A DNA stretch of 64,000 bases, taken from assembly GCA_964509295.1 (NCBI GenBank), contig CAZDWS010000003.1:143300-207299 (forward strand), written 5' to 3'. How positions within the stretch are numbered: the first letter of the stretch is position 1; every line of letters starts with the position of its first letter. The DNA comes from an uncultured Geobacteraceae bacterium. GTDB taxonomy: Bacteria > Desulfobacterota > Desulfuromonadia > Geobacterales > Pseudopelobacteraceae. Shown here in pieces: positions 30,741 through 39,769 of the stretch. The translations under genes and the position numbers were made by a program. Below the pieces are notes generated by a model. The model was not told where the DNA came from. It searched no databases and worked only from the letters and a program-made list of their open reading frames with translations.

Positions 30741-33260
30741 ATGTACGATCTGTTTGCCCTGTTGAGCTGGCTTGGAAAACATTCCCAGTATCTGTTTCTG
30801 CTTGCCGGTGCAGGTTTGCTGGTCTGGAACTCTGTTGTTATCGTTGGCGGCAATGAAATTGCCCTGATTGAACGTCGCTGGTTCGGCAATAAAATGCCGC
30901 AGGGTCGTGTTGTGGCACTTGGCAATGAGGTTGGTATTCAGGCACGTACCCTTGGACCTGGCCTGCATTTCCTGATTCCGTTCATCTACAAAGCCAGCAA
31001 GAGTGTTTTTACTGAGATACTTGAAAACGAGATCGGCCTGATCGAATCCGTTGATGGCTCTTCAATCCCGTCCGGCAGAATTTTTGCCGCAGTTGTTGCC
31101 GGACACAACTCATTTCAGGACGGTGAAGCCTTTATCAAAAACGGCGGGCAGAAAGGTCCACAAATCGAGATCCTGCCTCCTGGTAAATACCGCATCAATC
31201 CTTACCTGTTCAAGCTGACCAAAGGCAATGTCACCGAGATCAAGGATTTCGAGATCGGCATAGTTGAATCAGTTGATGGTGTGGCCATCCCGGAAGGTCG
31301 CATTTTTGCCCAGGCTGTTGAAGGGCACTCCTCTTTCCAGAATGGTGATGCCTTTATCAACAGTGGCGGGCAGAAAGGCCCACAGATTGAAATCATCCCA
31401 CCAGGTAACTACCGTATCAACCCGTACCTGTTTAAAGTCACCAAAAGTTCGGCAACAAAAATCAGTGAAGGTGAAATCGGTCTGGTGGAGTCAGCTGACG
31501 GTTCGGCAATCCCTGCCGGTCGCATTTTTGCCAATGTGGTACCGGGTCATAACTCTTTCCAGTCCGGCCAGGACTTTATCAAAAACGGCGGACAGAAAGG
31601 CCCTCAGACAGAAATACTGCCACCGGGTGTCTACCGTATCCACCCTAACCTGTTCAAAGTCACCAAGGCAGCGGCTGTGATCATTGCCAAGGGCGAAGTC
31701 GGCATGGTTACGGCTCAGGACGGCGCACCGATCCCCATGGGTCGACTGCTGGCCCAGAGCGTGCCGGATCATTCTAATTATGAAAGCGGTGAGACCTTCC
31801 TGAAAAACGGCGGCCAAAAAGGCCCGCAGATCGACATCCTGCTACCAGGTACCTATCGTATCAACCTGAATCTGTTCAATATTCAGATAGCTCCTGCAGC
31901 CGTCATTGAAGCCAACAAAATAGGTCTTGTAACAGCACTGGATGGTATTCCATTGCCTGATCGCGAATACGTCGCCTCTCCAATCACCGGACACAACGAC
32001 TATCAGGATGGCTCAGCCTTTTTGACAAAACTCGGCCAACGCGGACCACAACTTGATGTTCTACGCCCGGGTACCTATTACATCAACCCGTTCATGTTCA
32101 GTGTTGCCATAGACGAAGTAGCGGTTATTGAGCGAGGTCAGGTCGGCGTAATCGTATCCAACGTTGGAGAAGACCCCACTGAAGAGATGAAAAAACGCCT
32201 CGGTTCTTCCCAGACCGGCGCTTCCATAGAGGAAGGCAAAGAGAAATACGTTGTGCCAAAGGGTTTCCGGGGCATCCAGGAAGAAGTTGCAGGACCGGGA
32301 CGCTATTACCTGAACCGTCGCGCTTTCATGGCCTACATTATTGATACGACCAACATTACCATCGACTGGGACGACCAGGCCGATACCCGTTTCGATCAAC
32401 TGACCGTCATTTCAAAAGATGGCTTCCCGATCCAGGTGGCTGTCAAAGTTGTTATCCGTGTCCGGCCAGATCAGGCACCGTACATGGTCGCCAAAGTCGG
32501 TTCCATCGACAACCTAATTCAGCACGTCATCCACCCCATGATTGACTCATCTTTCCGTAATCAGGCATCAACCGCATCGGCCATGAACTTCCTGCAAAGC
32601 CGTTCGGAAGAACAGGCCAAAGCAGAATCCCGCGCCAGGATCGATCTGGAAAAATACCACGTAGAATGCGTATCGGTACTGATCTGCCAGATCAAACTGC
32701 CGGAAGACCTGATGCAGACCCAGACCAAACGTATCATCGCTGAACAGCAGCAGGAAATGTACAAGATGGAGCAAAAATCACAAGCAGAACGAACGGAAAT
32801 GGAGAAAATGCGCGCCACAGCTGACCAGCAGCCGACCCTGGTTGCTTCTGAAATTGCCGTAAAAGTTGCCACCCAAAAGAAAACCGAGATGATCACGCTT
32901 GCTGAAGGTTCGGCAGAAGCCAAAGCATTGGAAGGTACTGGTGAAGGCAAACGTCTGAAAGCTATTGGCGACGGTGAAGCATCCAAAATCGCCGCCATCG
33001 GTGAAGCTACAGCCCAGGCTTACAGCAAGCAGCAGGAGGCAATTGGTGAAGAAGCAATCAAGCAGATCAAGATTGTTGAGCTGATTGCAGCTGCCATAGA
33101 AAACGGTAAGATCAAGATTGTACCGGACGTGCTGGTAACAGGTGGCGGAACTGCCGGTGATGGATTAATGGGACAGTTGACCAGGTTGCTGCCGGGGATT
33201 GATTTGAGCGGGTTGTTGAAGAAGTCGGTGGTTGCACCGGAAATCCGCGAGCAGGGATAG
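30741..33260 (+). CDS. SPFH/band-7 flotillin-like membrane protein with five extra tandem N-terminal repeats
   Basis: GGAGGAG RBS then ATG at 30741. N-terminal TM helix. Canonical SPFH start 'LGPGLHFLIPFI'. The C-terminal flotillin-type Ala/Glu/Lys-rich coiled coil is 'AEQQQEMYKMEQKSQAERTEMEKMRA...'. Confidence 0.8.
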   Translation: MYDLFALLSWLGKHSQYLFLLAGAGLLVWNSVVIVGGNEIALIERRWFGNKMPQGRVVALGNEVGIQARTLGPGLHFLIPFIYKASKSVFTEILENEIGLIESVDGSSIPSGRIFAAVVAGHNSFQDGEAFIKNGGQKGPQIEILPPGKYRINPYLFKLTKGNVTEIKDFEIGIVESVDGVAIPEGRIFAQAVEGHSSFQNGDAFINSGGQKGPQIEIIPPGNYRINPYLFKVTKSSATKISEGEIGLVESADGSAIPAGRIFANVVPGHNSFQSGQDFIKNGGQKGPQTEILPPGVYRIHPNLFKVTKAAAVIIAKGEVGMVTAQDGAPIPMGRLLAQSVPDHSNYESGETFLKNGGQKGPQIDILLPGTYRINLNLFNIQIAPAAVIEANKIGLVTALDGIPLPDREYVASPITGHNDYQDGSAFLTKLGQRGPQLDVLRPGTYYINPFMFSVAIDEVAVIERGQVGVIVSNVGEDPTEEMKKRLGSSQTGASIEEGKEKYVVPKGFRGIQEEVAGPGRYYLNRRAFMAYIIDTTNITIDWDDQADTRFDQLTVISKDGFPIQVAVKVVIRVRPDQAPYMVAKVGSIDNLIQHVIHPMIDSSFRNQASTASAMNFLQSRSEEQAKAESRARIDLEKYHVECVSVLICQIKLPEDLMQTQTKRIIAEQQQEMYKMEQKSQAERTEMEKMRATADQQPTLVASEIAVKVATQKKTEMITLAEGSAEAKALEGTGEGKRLKAIGDGEASKIAAIGEATAQAYSKQQEAIGEEAIKQIKIVELIAAAIENGKIKIVPDVLVTGGGTAGDGLMGQLTRLLPGIDLSGLLKKSVVAPEIREQG
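31026..32135 (+). repeat. Five in-frame tandem coding repeats, exact 222-bp period (74 aa each), inside the flotillin-like gene
   Basis: Repeat starts at 31026, 31248, 31470, 31692 and 31914, with the next unit at 32136. The unit consensus is E-I-G-L-V-E-S-x-D-G-x-x-I-P-x-G-R-I-F-A...G-H-N-S-F-Q-x-G-x-x-F-I-K-N-G-G-Q-K-G-P-Q-I-E-I-L-P-P-G-x-Y-R-I-N-P-x-L-F-K-V-T-K. The DNA has diverged, but the core (AAAAACGGCGGnCAGAAAGGnCC) is conserved. Confidence 0.85.
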
Positions 33261-33399
33261 AAAAACATTTACCTGTAGTAAAAGAAACAAAAAGCTAAAG
33301 CAAAATCTTAAAAATCTAAGTGGTGTAGAATTGTTTTACAGGAGATTTTATGACGTTTTTTACCACCGTTCTCGGTGTATTTTACTTCAGGAGGAAAAC

Positions 33400-34371
33400 G
33401 TGAAAATCAGTTTCGTAAAGTATGTTGTTATGGCCGTCTTTGTTTCAATGATCACCGGTTGTTCCCTTTCCTACACCATTCATGAACCGCAGGTTTCTTC
33501 GTTCAGGTACGACTCTGTTCCGTCGAAGAAGGTTGTCATAAAGGTGATTGACCAGAGGAAAGACCTGATCTTCCAACGTCAGATTTCAAATTTGAGAAAT
33601 GTCAAACTTGAACTTAAGAATGTGGAGGACCCGATAAAGTGGTTAGCCATTGCACTTGAAAAAGAGTTAGTGGCCCGGGGAATTCCTGCAGAAGTGATTA
33701 CCAGCGACAGTGCTGGTACTGAGGATATGTCCCTCACCATCAAGACCTACCAGATAGTCAGCCACCGCATGACTGGATTCTCGCCATGGGAAACGTACCA
33801 TTCCTTCAAGGCAGATTTGAAGGCAGGTAATCAGACTAACACCATCATTGCTTATTTTACCAATGGTCATGTACCAAAATGGTCCATGAATGAGATTGAG
33901 AAGCCATGCTTTGACATCCCCATGTCCATTGTTGTTAAAGACGTGGCATCAAAGATCAATCAGACTATTTTTAAACTCCAAGCCGGCAAAGATCAACTAG
34001 ACAATATAAATGGCAGGATTGAACAAAAACTTGCCACCGATAGTGAGGAAGCCTGCCTTCCGGCTATTGAAATGGGTGCAACCAATAATCAGGCTGGCAT
34101 GCCTTACCTTTTGAAGTTGGTAGAGCACAAGGACCAGTTCCTGCGGGCCTGTTCTCTTTCAGCAATTGGCACCCTGGGGGCAAAAGAACAGCTTGATTTA
34201 CTCAAAGCAAAGTTCGCTCAGTTTGACTATGTGGATCAATTTATGGCGCTGAAAGCAATCGGTGATATCGGCACTCCCGAAGCAATCGACTTCATCAAAA
34301 AAACTCGAACTGACAGTAAATACCAGTCTGAAAACGGGTATGTGTACTTCATGAATCTATATATGGATTAA
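33400..34371 (+). CDS. Lipoprotein with C-terminal HEAT/PBS-lyase-like repeats, hypothetical
   Basis: GTG start 7 nt after GGAGGAAAAC. Signal peptide with lipobox 'MITGC'. The C-terminal 'LLKLVEHKDQFLRACSLSAIGTLG...ALKAIGDIGTPEAIDFI' resembles HEAT repeats. There is no terminator between it and the flotillin-like gene. Confidence 0.55.
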   Translation: MKISFVKYVVMAVFVSMITGCSLSYTIHEPQVSSFRYDSVPSKKVVIKVIDQRKDLIFQRQISNLRNVKLELKNVEDPIKWLAIALEKELVARGIPAEVITSDSAGTEDMSLTIKTYQIVSHRMTGFSPWETYHSFKADLKAGNQTNTIIAYFTNGHVPKWSMNEIEKPCFDIPMSIVVKDVASKINQTIFKLQAGKDQLDNINGRIEQKLATDSEEACLPAIEMGATNNQAGMPYLLKLVEHKDQFLRACSLSAIGTLGAKEQLDLLKAKFAQFDYVDQFMALKAIGDIGTPEAIDFIKKTRTDSKYQSENGYVYFMNLYMD

Positions 34372-34404
34372 CTAACAAACTTTTTAAAAGCAAAACTGCG
34401 AAAA

Positions 34405-34448
34405 GGACAAGCTACATAATACAAAAAGTAGCTTGTCCCGTTTTTTTC
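34405..34448 (+). terminator. Rho-independent terminator after the flotillin/lipoprotein pair
   Basis: GGACAAGCTAC-loop-GTAGCTTGTCC followed by a T7 run. Confidence 0.65.
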
Positions 34449-34557
34449 TATCTTATAGACCAATCAAATTTCTTTTCAGAATCCATCTTCCAATGTATAT
34501 AATCACCCACAAAATGAAAACAGTGCTCAATTTTGCAAGGCATGAAAGGCTTTATAC

Positions 34558-36147
34558 ATGACTGATGGACCGGTTAATTCAACAAAAAGCAGTCGCGGTT
34601 TTTTATTATACATAATTCTGACTTCCATGCTTTGCGGTGCACTGGTCATGGTCATCGAAGTGCTTGGCTCGCGGGTAATCGGGCCGTTCTACGGTGTGAG
34701 TCTGTTTGTCTGGACTTCTCTGATTACTGTCACACTGGTCGCGCTTGCCCTGGGTTATGTTTCGGGCGGTATCCTATCTGATCGTCGGGATGACCCGGCC
34801 TGGCTTTACGGCATCATCCTGCTGGCCGGTCTGTTTGTTCTGATCATACCTGTCATTAAACTCCCTGTGCTCAAGATCTGCCAGTCGCTGGGCCTGCGTG
34901 GCGGTGCCTTTGCCAGCTCGCTTTTGCTGTTCGGCCCCGCCCTGTTTCTGCTCGGTTGCGTCTCACCCTATATTGTCAAGATTGCTGCCAGGGAAATGAA
35001 GAACATTGGTCGGACAGTCGGCATGCTTTCCGCCGTCTCCACCTTCGGCAGTTTCTTAGGAACAGTCTGCACCGGCTTTGTGCTGATCGCCTATTTCGGC
35101 GTTAGCCGAATATTTATGGTTATCGGTCTGCTGCTGATTGCCCTGGCGGTTGGCTATTTTGTACTGTTCCGCCGTAAGCCGCTGTTTCTGATTATGCTGC
35201 TAATACCGCTGTTTTTTTCAGGTGTTGGTGGAGTAACAACAAAACTGATGCCTGACGGAACTCGCGTTACCAAGGTCTTTGAAAAAGAGAGTTTTTACGG
35301 CAGCATCAAGGTTATTGACTATAAAAGCAGAACGGAGACAGTACGGTCAATGCTGATTGACGGCCTGACCCAGGGGCGCATGGATCTGTCCAACAGCATG
35401 CCGGTATCATCTTACATCTACTTCATGCAGTTTCTGCCCTATGCCCTGAATCCGGGCGGCAAATCCTGCCTGGTGGTCGGCCTTGGCGCAGGACTGGTAC
35501 CCATGTGGTACGAGCAGCAGGGCATCACCACCGACGTGATTGAAATCGACCCGCATGTACTTGACGCAGCCCGTACCTACTTCGGGTTCAAGACATCAGG
35601 GGAAGTTTTTATTGATGATGCCCGTTACCATTTGAACAATTCAAAAAAGAAATACGACTATGTGGTGCTGGATGTCTTTAACGGTGACACGACGCCAGGA
35701 CATGTCCTGAGCCTGGAAGCGCTGCAGGTTGTCAAACAGCGTATGGCTGACAAAGGAGTTCTGGCCGTTAATCTGATCGGCAGCCTGAAGCGAGAGACTT
35801 TCATGACCGCTTCTATTGTTGAGACACTTCGGCAGGTATTTTCCACCGTGCGGATCTATCCCGTATTTTCTCCCGATGGCGACAGTGCCTGGGGTAATCT
35901 GGCTGTAATAGCCTTCAATGGGCCTGCTATCCAATTCAACCAAACTGAGGTTAATGAGTTCAAAGTTCATAAATTTGCAGAGCAGCGTGTGCATGAAAAT
36001 TTGGGACAGACATTTACTTTTCCTGCAGGAAGCGCTTCGATCATTCTGACCGACAATTATAACCCGGTTGATTTCTACGACACATGGCTCAAGGAAGAGT
36101 TACGCAGAAGCATTCTGGCCAGTCAGGACGCAGATATTCTGAGTTGA
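34558..36147 (+). CDS. Membrane-anchored spermidine/spermine synthase-family protein (multi-TM N-terminal domain fused to an aminopropyltransferase/MTase fold)
   Basis: About seven N-terminal TM helices, then 'CLVVGLGAGLVPMWY...VIEIDPHVLDAARTYF...YDYVVLDVFNGD', a Rossmann-fold spermidine-synthase-like domain. Confidence 0.7.
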   Translation: MTDGPVNSTKSSRGFLLYIILTSMLCGALVMVIEVLGSRVIGPFYGVSLFVWTSLITVTLVALALGYVSGGILSDRRDDPAWLYGIILLAGLFVLIIPVIKLPVLKICQSLGLRGGAFASSLLLFGPALFLLGCVSPYIVKIAAREMKNIGRTVGMLSAVSTFGSFLGTVCTGFVLIAYFGVSRIFMVIGLLLIALAVGYFVLFRRKPLFLIMLLIPLFFSGVGGVTTKLMPDGTRVTKVFEKESFYGSIKVIDYKSRTETVRSMLIDGLTQGRMDLSNSMPVSSYIYFMQFLPYALNPGGKSCLVVGLGAGLVPMWYEQQGITTDVIEIDPHVLDAARTYFGFKTSGEVFIDDARYHLNNSKKKYDYVVLDVFNGDTTPGHVLSLEALQVVKQRMADKGVLAVNLIGSLKRETFMTASIVETLRQVFSTVRIYPVFSPDGDSAWGNLAVIAFNGPAIQFNQTEVNEFKVHKFAEQRVHENLGQTFTFPAGSASIILTDNYNPVDFYDTWLKEELRRSILASQDADILS

Positions 36148-36174
36148 TTCTACCATTTTTGCAGGAGGTCAAAC

Positions 36175-36669
36175 TTGAAACCTTTACTGACAATCATTTT
36201 GCTTTTACTGACATTTACACCAGCCAATGCAGAAATGTACAAATGGGTTGCTGAGGACGGTTCTGTAACTTTCAAAGACACGCCACCTCCTGCTTCCAAA
36301 AAGGCCAAAAAGGTCAAGGTCTACACTGAAAGCGACTTTGATCCGGCCCCACCCTATCAACCCGAACCTGCGAAGCGTAGTTCAAAAAAATCCACTTCCA
36401 CGGTCACCCAGACCACCGCCACTAAAAAAGAGCGTTTCAACGGAACAGTTGAAATCTATCTGACCGATTGGTGCGGCTACTGCAAACAGGCTTTGAGTTA
36501 CATGGACAGCAAGGGTATCCCCTATGTTGCCTACAACATCGAAAAAGATAATGCCGCCAAACTGCGACATAAAGAACTGGGCGGACGTGGAGTACCATTG
36601 ATTATTATCGGTCCAAACAAACTGTCCGGATTTTCTCAATCAACAATGGAAAGATATCTTAACAACTAG
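36175..36669 (+). CDS. Secreted DUF4124 + glutaredoxin-domain protein
   Basis: Signal peptide; 'MYKWVAEDGSVTFKDTPPP' (DUF4124); C-terminal 'EIYLTDWCGYCKQAL' CxxC glutaredoxin fold. Confidence 0.7.
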   Translation: MKPLLTIILLLLTFTPANAEMYKWVAEDGSVTFKDTPPPASKKAKKVKVYTESDFDPAPPYQPEPAKRSSKKSTSTVTQTTATKKERFNGTVEIYLTDWCGYCKQALSYMDSKGIPYVAYNIEKDNAAKLRHKELGGRGVPLIIIGPNKLSGFSQSTMERYLNN

Positions 36670-36774
36670 TCGGTTTCCCGACAAATATGCAGATTTACAC
36701 CTTTGACAAAGACAACCTGCTGGGGTATAGCTTTACGAGTCTTTAATTCAACTAAACCAATACGGAGCCGTAAT

Positions 36775-37740
36775 ATGAGTAGTGCAGCACATATTCTGAT
36801 CGTTGATGATTCAACACCTTGTCGAAGCAAACTGACCGAAATTCTGGAGGCTGAGGGTTATCTTGTCTCTCAGGCAGCATCCGCAGAAGAAGCTATCCCC
36901 ATGTTCAAGTCCGAAGAATTTAATCTGGTCATCACGGAAATCATTCTGCCCGGAATGAGTGGCCTGAACCTGCTAAAACTGTTCAAGGAGATTCACCCTG
37001 AAACAGATGTTGTCGTAATCAGTAGCAACACGTCCAGCTTTACAACCATCAAGGCGCTAAGACTTGGTGCTTATGATTATATTGTCAAACCGATTGATGA
37101 TGAGTCTGTGCTGTACAGTATGGTTGACCGGGTGCTGGAAAAGCAGGAACTGGCCCGCGAAAATCTGCGTCTGATAAATGAGATTGCCGAGAAGAACAAG
37201 AAACTGAGCGAATCATTAAAAATGATGAAGATGATCAACCAGGTCTGCGTCCTGCTGACCTCAACGCTTGATATCGCCTCGATCCTGCGGATTTTAACTG
37301 AAAGCGCAGTCAAACAGCTACAGACAACCAGCGGCTATCTGTTATTGCTTGATAAAAGCGGCTCATTCCTGACCATGAAAGTATCTAATGGCATAGACCA
37401 TACAATAGCAGGCAAGTTCAAACTTTCTCCCGGTCATGGTATTTCCGGCCTGGTCTTTGCCACCGGTAAGCCACTGATTATCAACACCCTTGATTCTGAT
37501 GAATATACTGATAGATTTATAGAAGAAGATCCCTTTGGTGTTCTACTGACCACTCCAGGAGTTCTCTCGGTCCCGCTGCAGGTTCAGGGAAAAACTGCCG
37601 GTGTTTTGACCATGTCCGGCGGTAGCAATGGAAAGCCTTTTACTGAAGAACAGCTGGAATTTCTCTCAATTCTCTCCAGCTATGCTGCTATAGCGATTGA
37701 AAATGCCGGAATTTTCTATAAACTTAAAAAACAGCTATAA
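36775..37740 (+). CDS. Response regulator REC-GAF with no recognisable output domain
   Basis: 'ILIVDDSTPCRSKL...LVITEIILPGMSGLNLL...K' receiver, followed by a GAF domain. The ATG at 36775 is preferred over the longer ORF start. Confidence 0.75.
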   Translation: MSSAAHILIVDDSTPCRSKLTEILEAEGYLVSQAASAEEAIPMFKSEEFNLVITEIILPGMSGLNLLKLFKEIHPETDVVVISSNTSSFTTIKALRLGAYDYIVKPIDDESVLYSMVDRVLEKQELARENLRLINEIAEKNKKLSESLKMMKMINQVCVLLTSTLDIASILRILTESAVKQLQTTSGYLLLLDKSGSFLTMKVSNGIDHTIAGKFKLSPGHGISGLVFATGKPLIINTLDSDEYTDRFIEEDPFGVLLTTPGVLSVPLQVQGKTAGVLTMSGGSNGKPFTEEQLEFLSILSSYAAIAIENAGIFYKLKKQL

Positions 37741-37789
37741 ATATTTTCAACTGCTTTATTTAACTGAGTCCATTTCAAGGGGGCATATT

Positions 37790-38167
37790 ATGGAAAACAA
37801 TCCTGTCGGTTGGTTTGAAATTTATGTGCAGGACATGAAACGTGCAATAAAGTTTTATGAGTCTGTCTTTCAAGTCAAACTGGAGCAACTTGAAAGTCCG
37901 ATCAGCAATCTGGAACTGTGGAGTTTTCCCATGAATATGGGAAAAATGGGAGCCAGCGGAGCACTGGTAAAAATGACCGGTTGCCCCTCGGGCGGTAACA
38001 GCACACTTGTTTATTTCAGTTGCGATGACTGTGCAATAGAAGCGGCCCGTGCAGCCGAAGCCGGCGGTAAAATCCAGAATGAAAAGTTTTCCATTGGCCA
38101 GTATGGCTTTATTTCATTACTGATTGATACTGAAGGAAATATGATCGGCCTGCATTCACTGAAGTAG
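37790..38167 (+). CDS. VOC-family (glyoxalase/bleomycin-resistance fold) protein
   Basis: 'VGWFEIYVQDMKRAIKFYESVFQ', about 125 aa. Confidence 0.65.
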   Translation: MENNPVGWFEIYVQDMKRAIKFYESVFQVKLEQLESPISNLELWSFPMNMGKMGASGALVKMTGCPSGGNSTLVYFSCDDCAIEAARAAEAGGKIQNEKFSIGQYGFISLLIDTEGNMIGLHSLK

Positions 38168-38197
38168 TATTAAAGAAATCTATGACTGGGGTATACA

Positions 38198-38527
38198 ATG
38201 TTTACAAGTCACAGCATTGATGGATACAAGTCTGTTCTGAATGGCATCGAACAGAAAACACTGGTCTATGGTGACAAAACTTTGATGGTGGAATTCAAAC
38301 TGAAACAGGGTGCTGTTCTTCCTCTTCATTCCCATCCGCATGAACAATCAGGCTATCTGGTAACAGGCCGGATTAAACTGACTATCGACAATCAAGTCCA
38401 TAACGTAGTCCCCGGAGACAGCTGGTGTATTGGAGGTGCAAAAATGCACTGTGCCGAGATTTTAGAAGACTCGGTTGCAATTGAGGTATTCTCTCCGGTG
38501 AGGGAGGATTACCTGCCTAACATTTAA
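38198..38527 (+). CDS. Cupin-domain protein
   Basis: 'HSHPHEQSGYLVTGRIKL' cupin motifs 1 and 2. Confidence 0.65.
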   Translation: MFTSHSIDGYKSVLNGIEQKTLVYGDKTLMVEFKLKQGAVLPLHSHPHEQSGYLVTGRIKLTIDNQVHNVVPGDSWCIGGAKMHCAEILEDSVAIEVFSPVREDYLPNI

Positions 38528-38548
38528 TTTCATGAGCTGGAGCCTGGC

Positions 38549-39769
38549 ATGACGGAACACTGTATAATCGGTAGACAACCAATTCTGGACCGAAATGAAC
38601 ATCTCTATGGCTATGAGCTGCTTTTCCGCTCCACAGAGACAAATTCAGCAGTATTTCAGGACAATGGCCGAGCCACTGCCAATGTCATTATAAATACTCT
38701 TTCTTCATTCGGTATTTTTGAACTTCTGGGTGGACGAAAAGGCTTTATCAACGTTGATTACGATATGCTGATGGATGATGCCCTGGAGCTGCTGCCTCAG
38801 GATCATATTGTGATCGAGTTGCTGGAAACAATTGAACCGTCACCCGCCCTGATCGAACGCTGCATTGCCCTCAAGGAAGCCGGATTCAGCCTTGCTTTGG
38901 ACGACCATCAATACCATCCTAATTTTATGGAACTATATTCCATAGTAGATATAGTTAAAATAGACCTGCTTCAGACTCCGGTTGAGTCATTGCCGGGACT
39001 TGTAAAACTTCTCCGTCAGTTTCCCTGCAAACTTTTGGCAGAAAAGGTCGAAACTGTTGATCTGTTCACGGTCTGCCATGACCTTGGTTTCGATTATTTT
39101 CAAGGGTATTATTTTGCCCGACCTGACGTATTAAAAAAGAAGAAGATGGATGCGGACGCAACTACACTGCTCAGACTTTTGCGTCTCCTTGCAGATGAAG
39201 CTGGTATCCAGGAGCTGGAGGATGCTTTCCGGGACAGTCCGACACTTACTTACAAGCTTTTGATGCTGGTTAACTCCGTTGCCTTCGGGCAGCGCCAGAA
39301 GATTCAGGGGGTACGCCACGCAATTGCCATGACCGGCCGACTGCAGATTAAACGCTGGATTCAACTGGCACTTTTTGCTGCAGATGGTGATGATGCCCTT
39401 GAACATCCGCTGGTTGATATGGCAGCCACCAGGGCCGGATTAATGGAGCAGATGGCATTTGTCCATCCCAATCTGCAGCAGGATGACGAATCACCTGAAC
39501 GGGCCTTTATGACCGGTATTCTGTCACTGCTGGAAAACATTTACGATATCAGTGTTGAAGACATCATTACAAATCTCAACCTGAACGAGGAAGTTGCAGC
39601 AGCACTACTGGCCCGCAAGGGAGATTACGGTAACCTGCTGCGCATTATGGAGTATCTGGAAGAGCTTGACATGAACTCTGCGACAGATCAACTGTCCTCC
39701 ATCGGAATTAATCCGAATGTCATGTCGGAAATTCAATTACGGGCATTCAACTGGCGAAAACCGGTTTAG
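38549..39769 (+). CDS. EAL + HDOD domain signalling protein
   Basis: N-terminal EAL-like region ('GYELLFRS') followed by an HDOD domain in the C-terminal half. Confidence 0.75.
   Translation: MTEHCIIGRQPILDRNEHLYGYELLFRSTETNSAVFQDNGRATANVIINTLSSFGIFELLGGRKGFINVDYDMLMDDALELLPQDHIVIELLETIEPSPALIERCIALKEAGFSLALDDHQYHPNFMELYSIVDIVKIDLLQTPVESLPGLVKLLRQFPCKLLAEKVETVDLFTVCHDLGFDYFQGYYFARPDVLKKKKMDADATTLLRLLRLLADEAGIQELEDAFRDSPTLTYKLLMLVNSVAFGQRQKIQGVRHAIAMTGRLQIKRWIQLALFAADGDDALEHPLVDMAATRAGLMEQMAFVHPNLQQDDESPERAFMTGILSLLENIYDISVEDIITNLNLNEEVAAALLARKGDYGNLLRIMEYLEELDMNSATDQLSSIGINPNVMSEIQLRAFNWRKPV

Noticed and set aside
31026-32135. The 222-bp tandem repeats considered as a non-coding satellite, CRISPR-like array or mobile-element remnant
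   Set aside because: The repeats are in-frame and continuous with a single 840-aa ORF. They are diverged mostly at synonymous positions and have no spacer/repeat dichotomy or terminal inverted repeats. They are protein domain duplications.
32561-32998. 145-aa minus-strand ORF within the flotillin coiled-coil region
   Set aside because: Ala/Ser-rich antisense reading of the GC-rich Ala/Glu/Lys repeat region of the sense gene.
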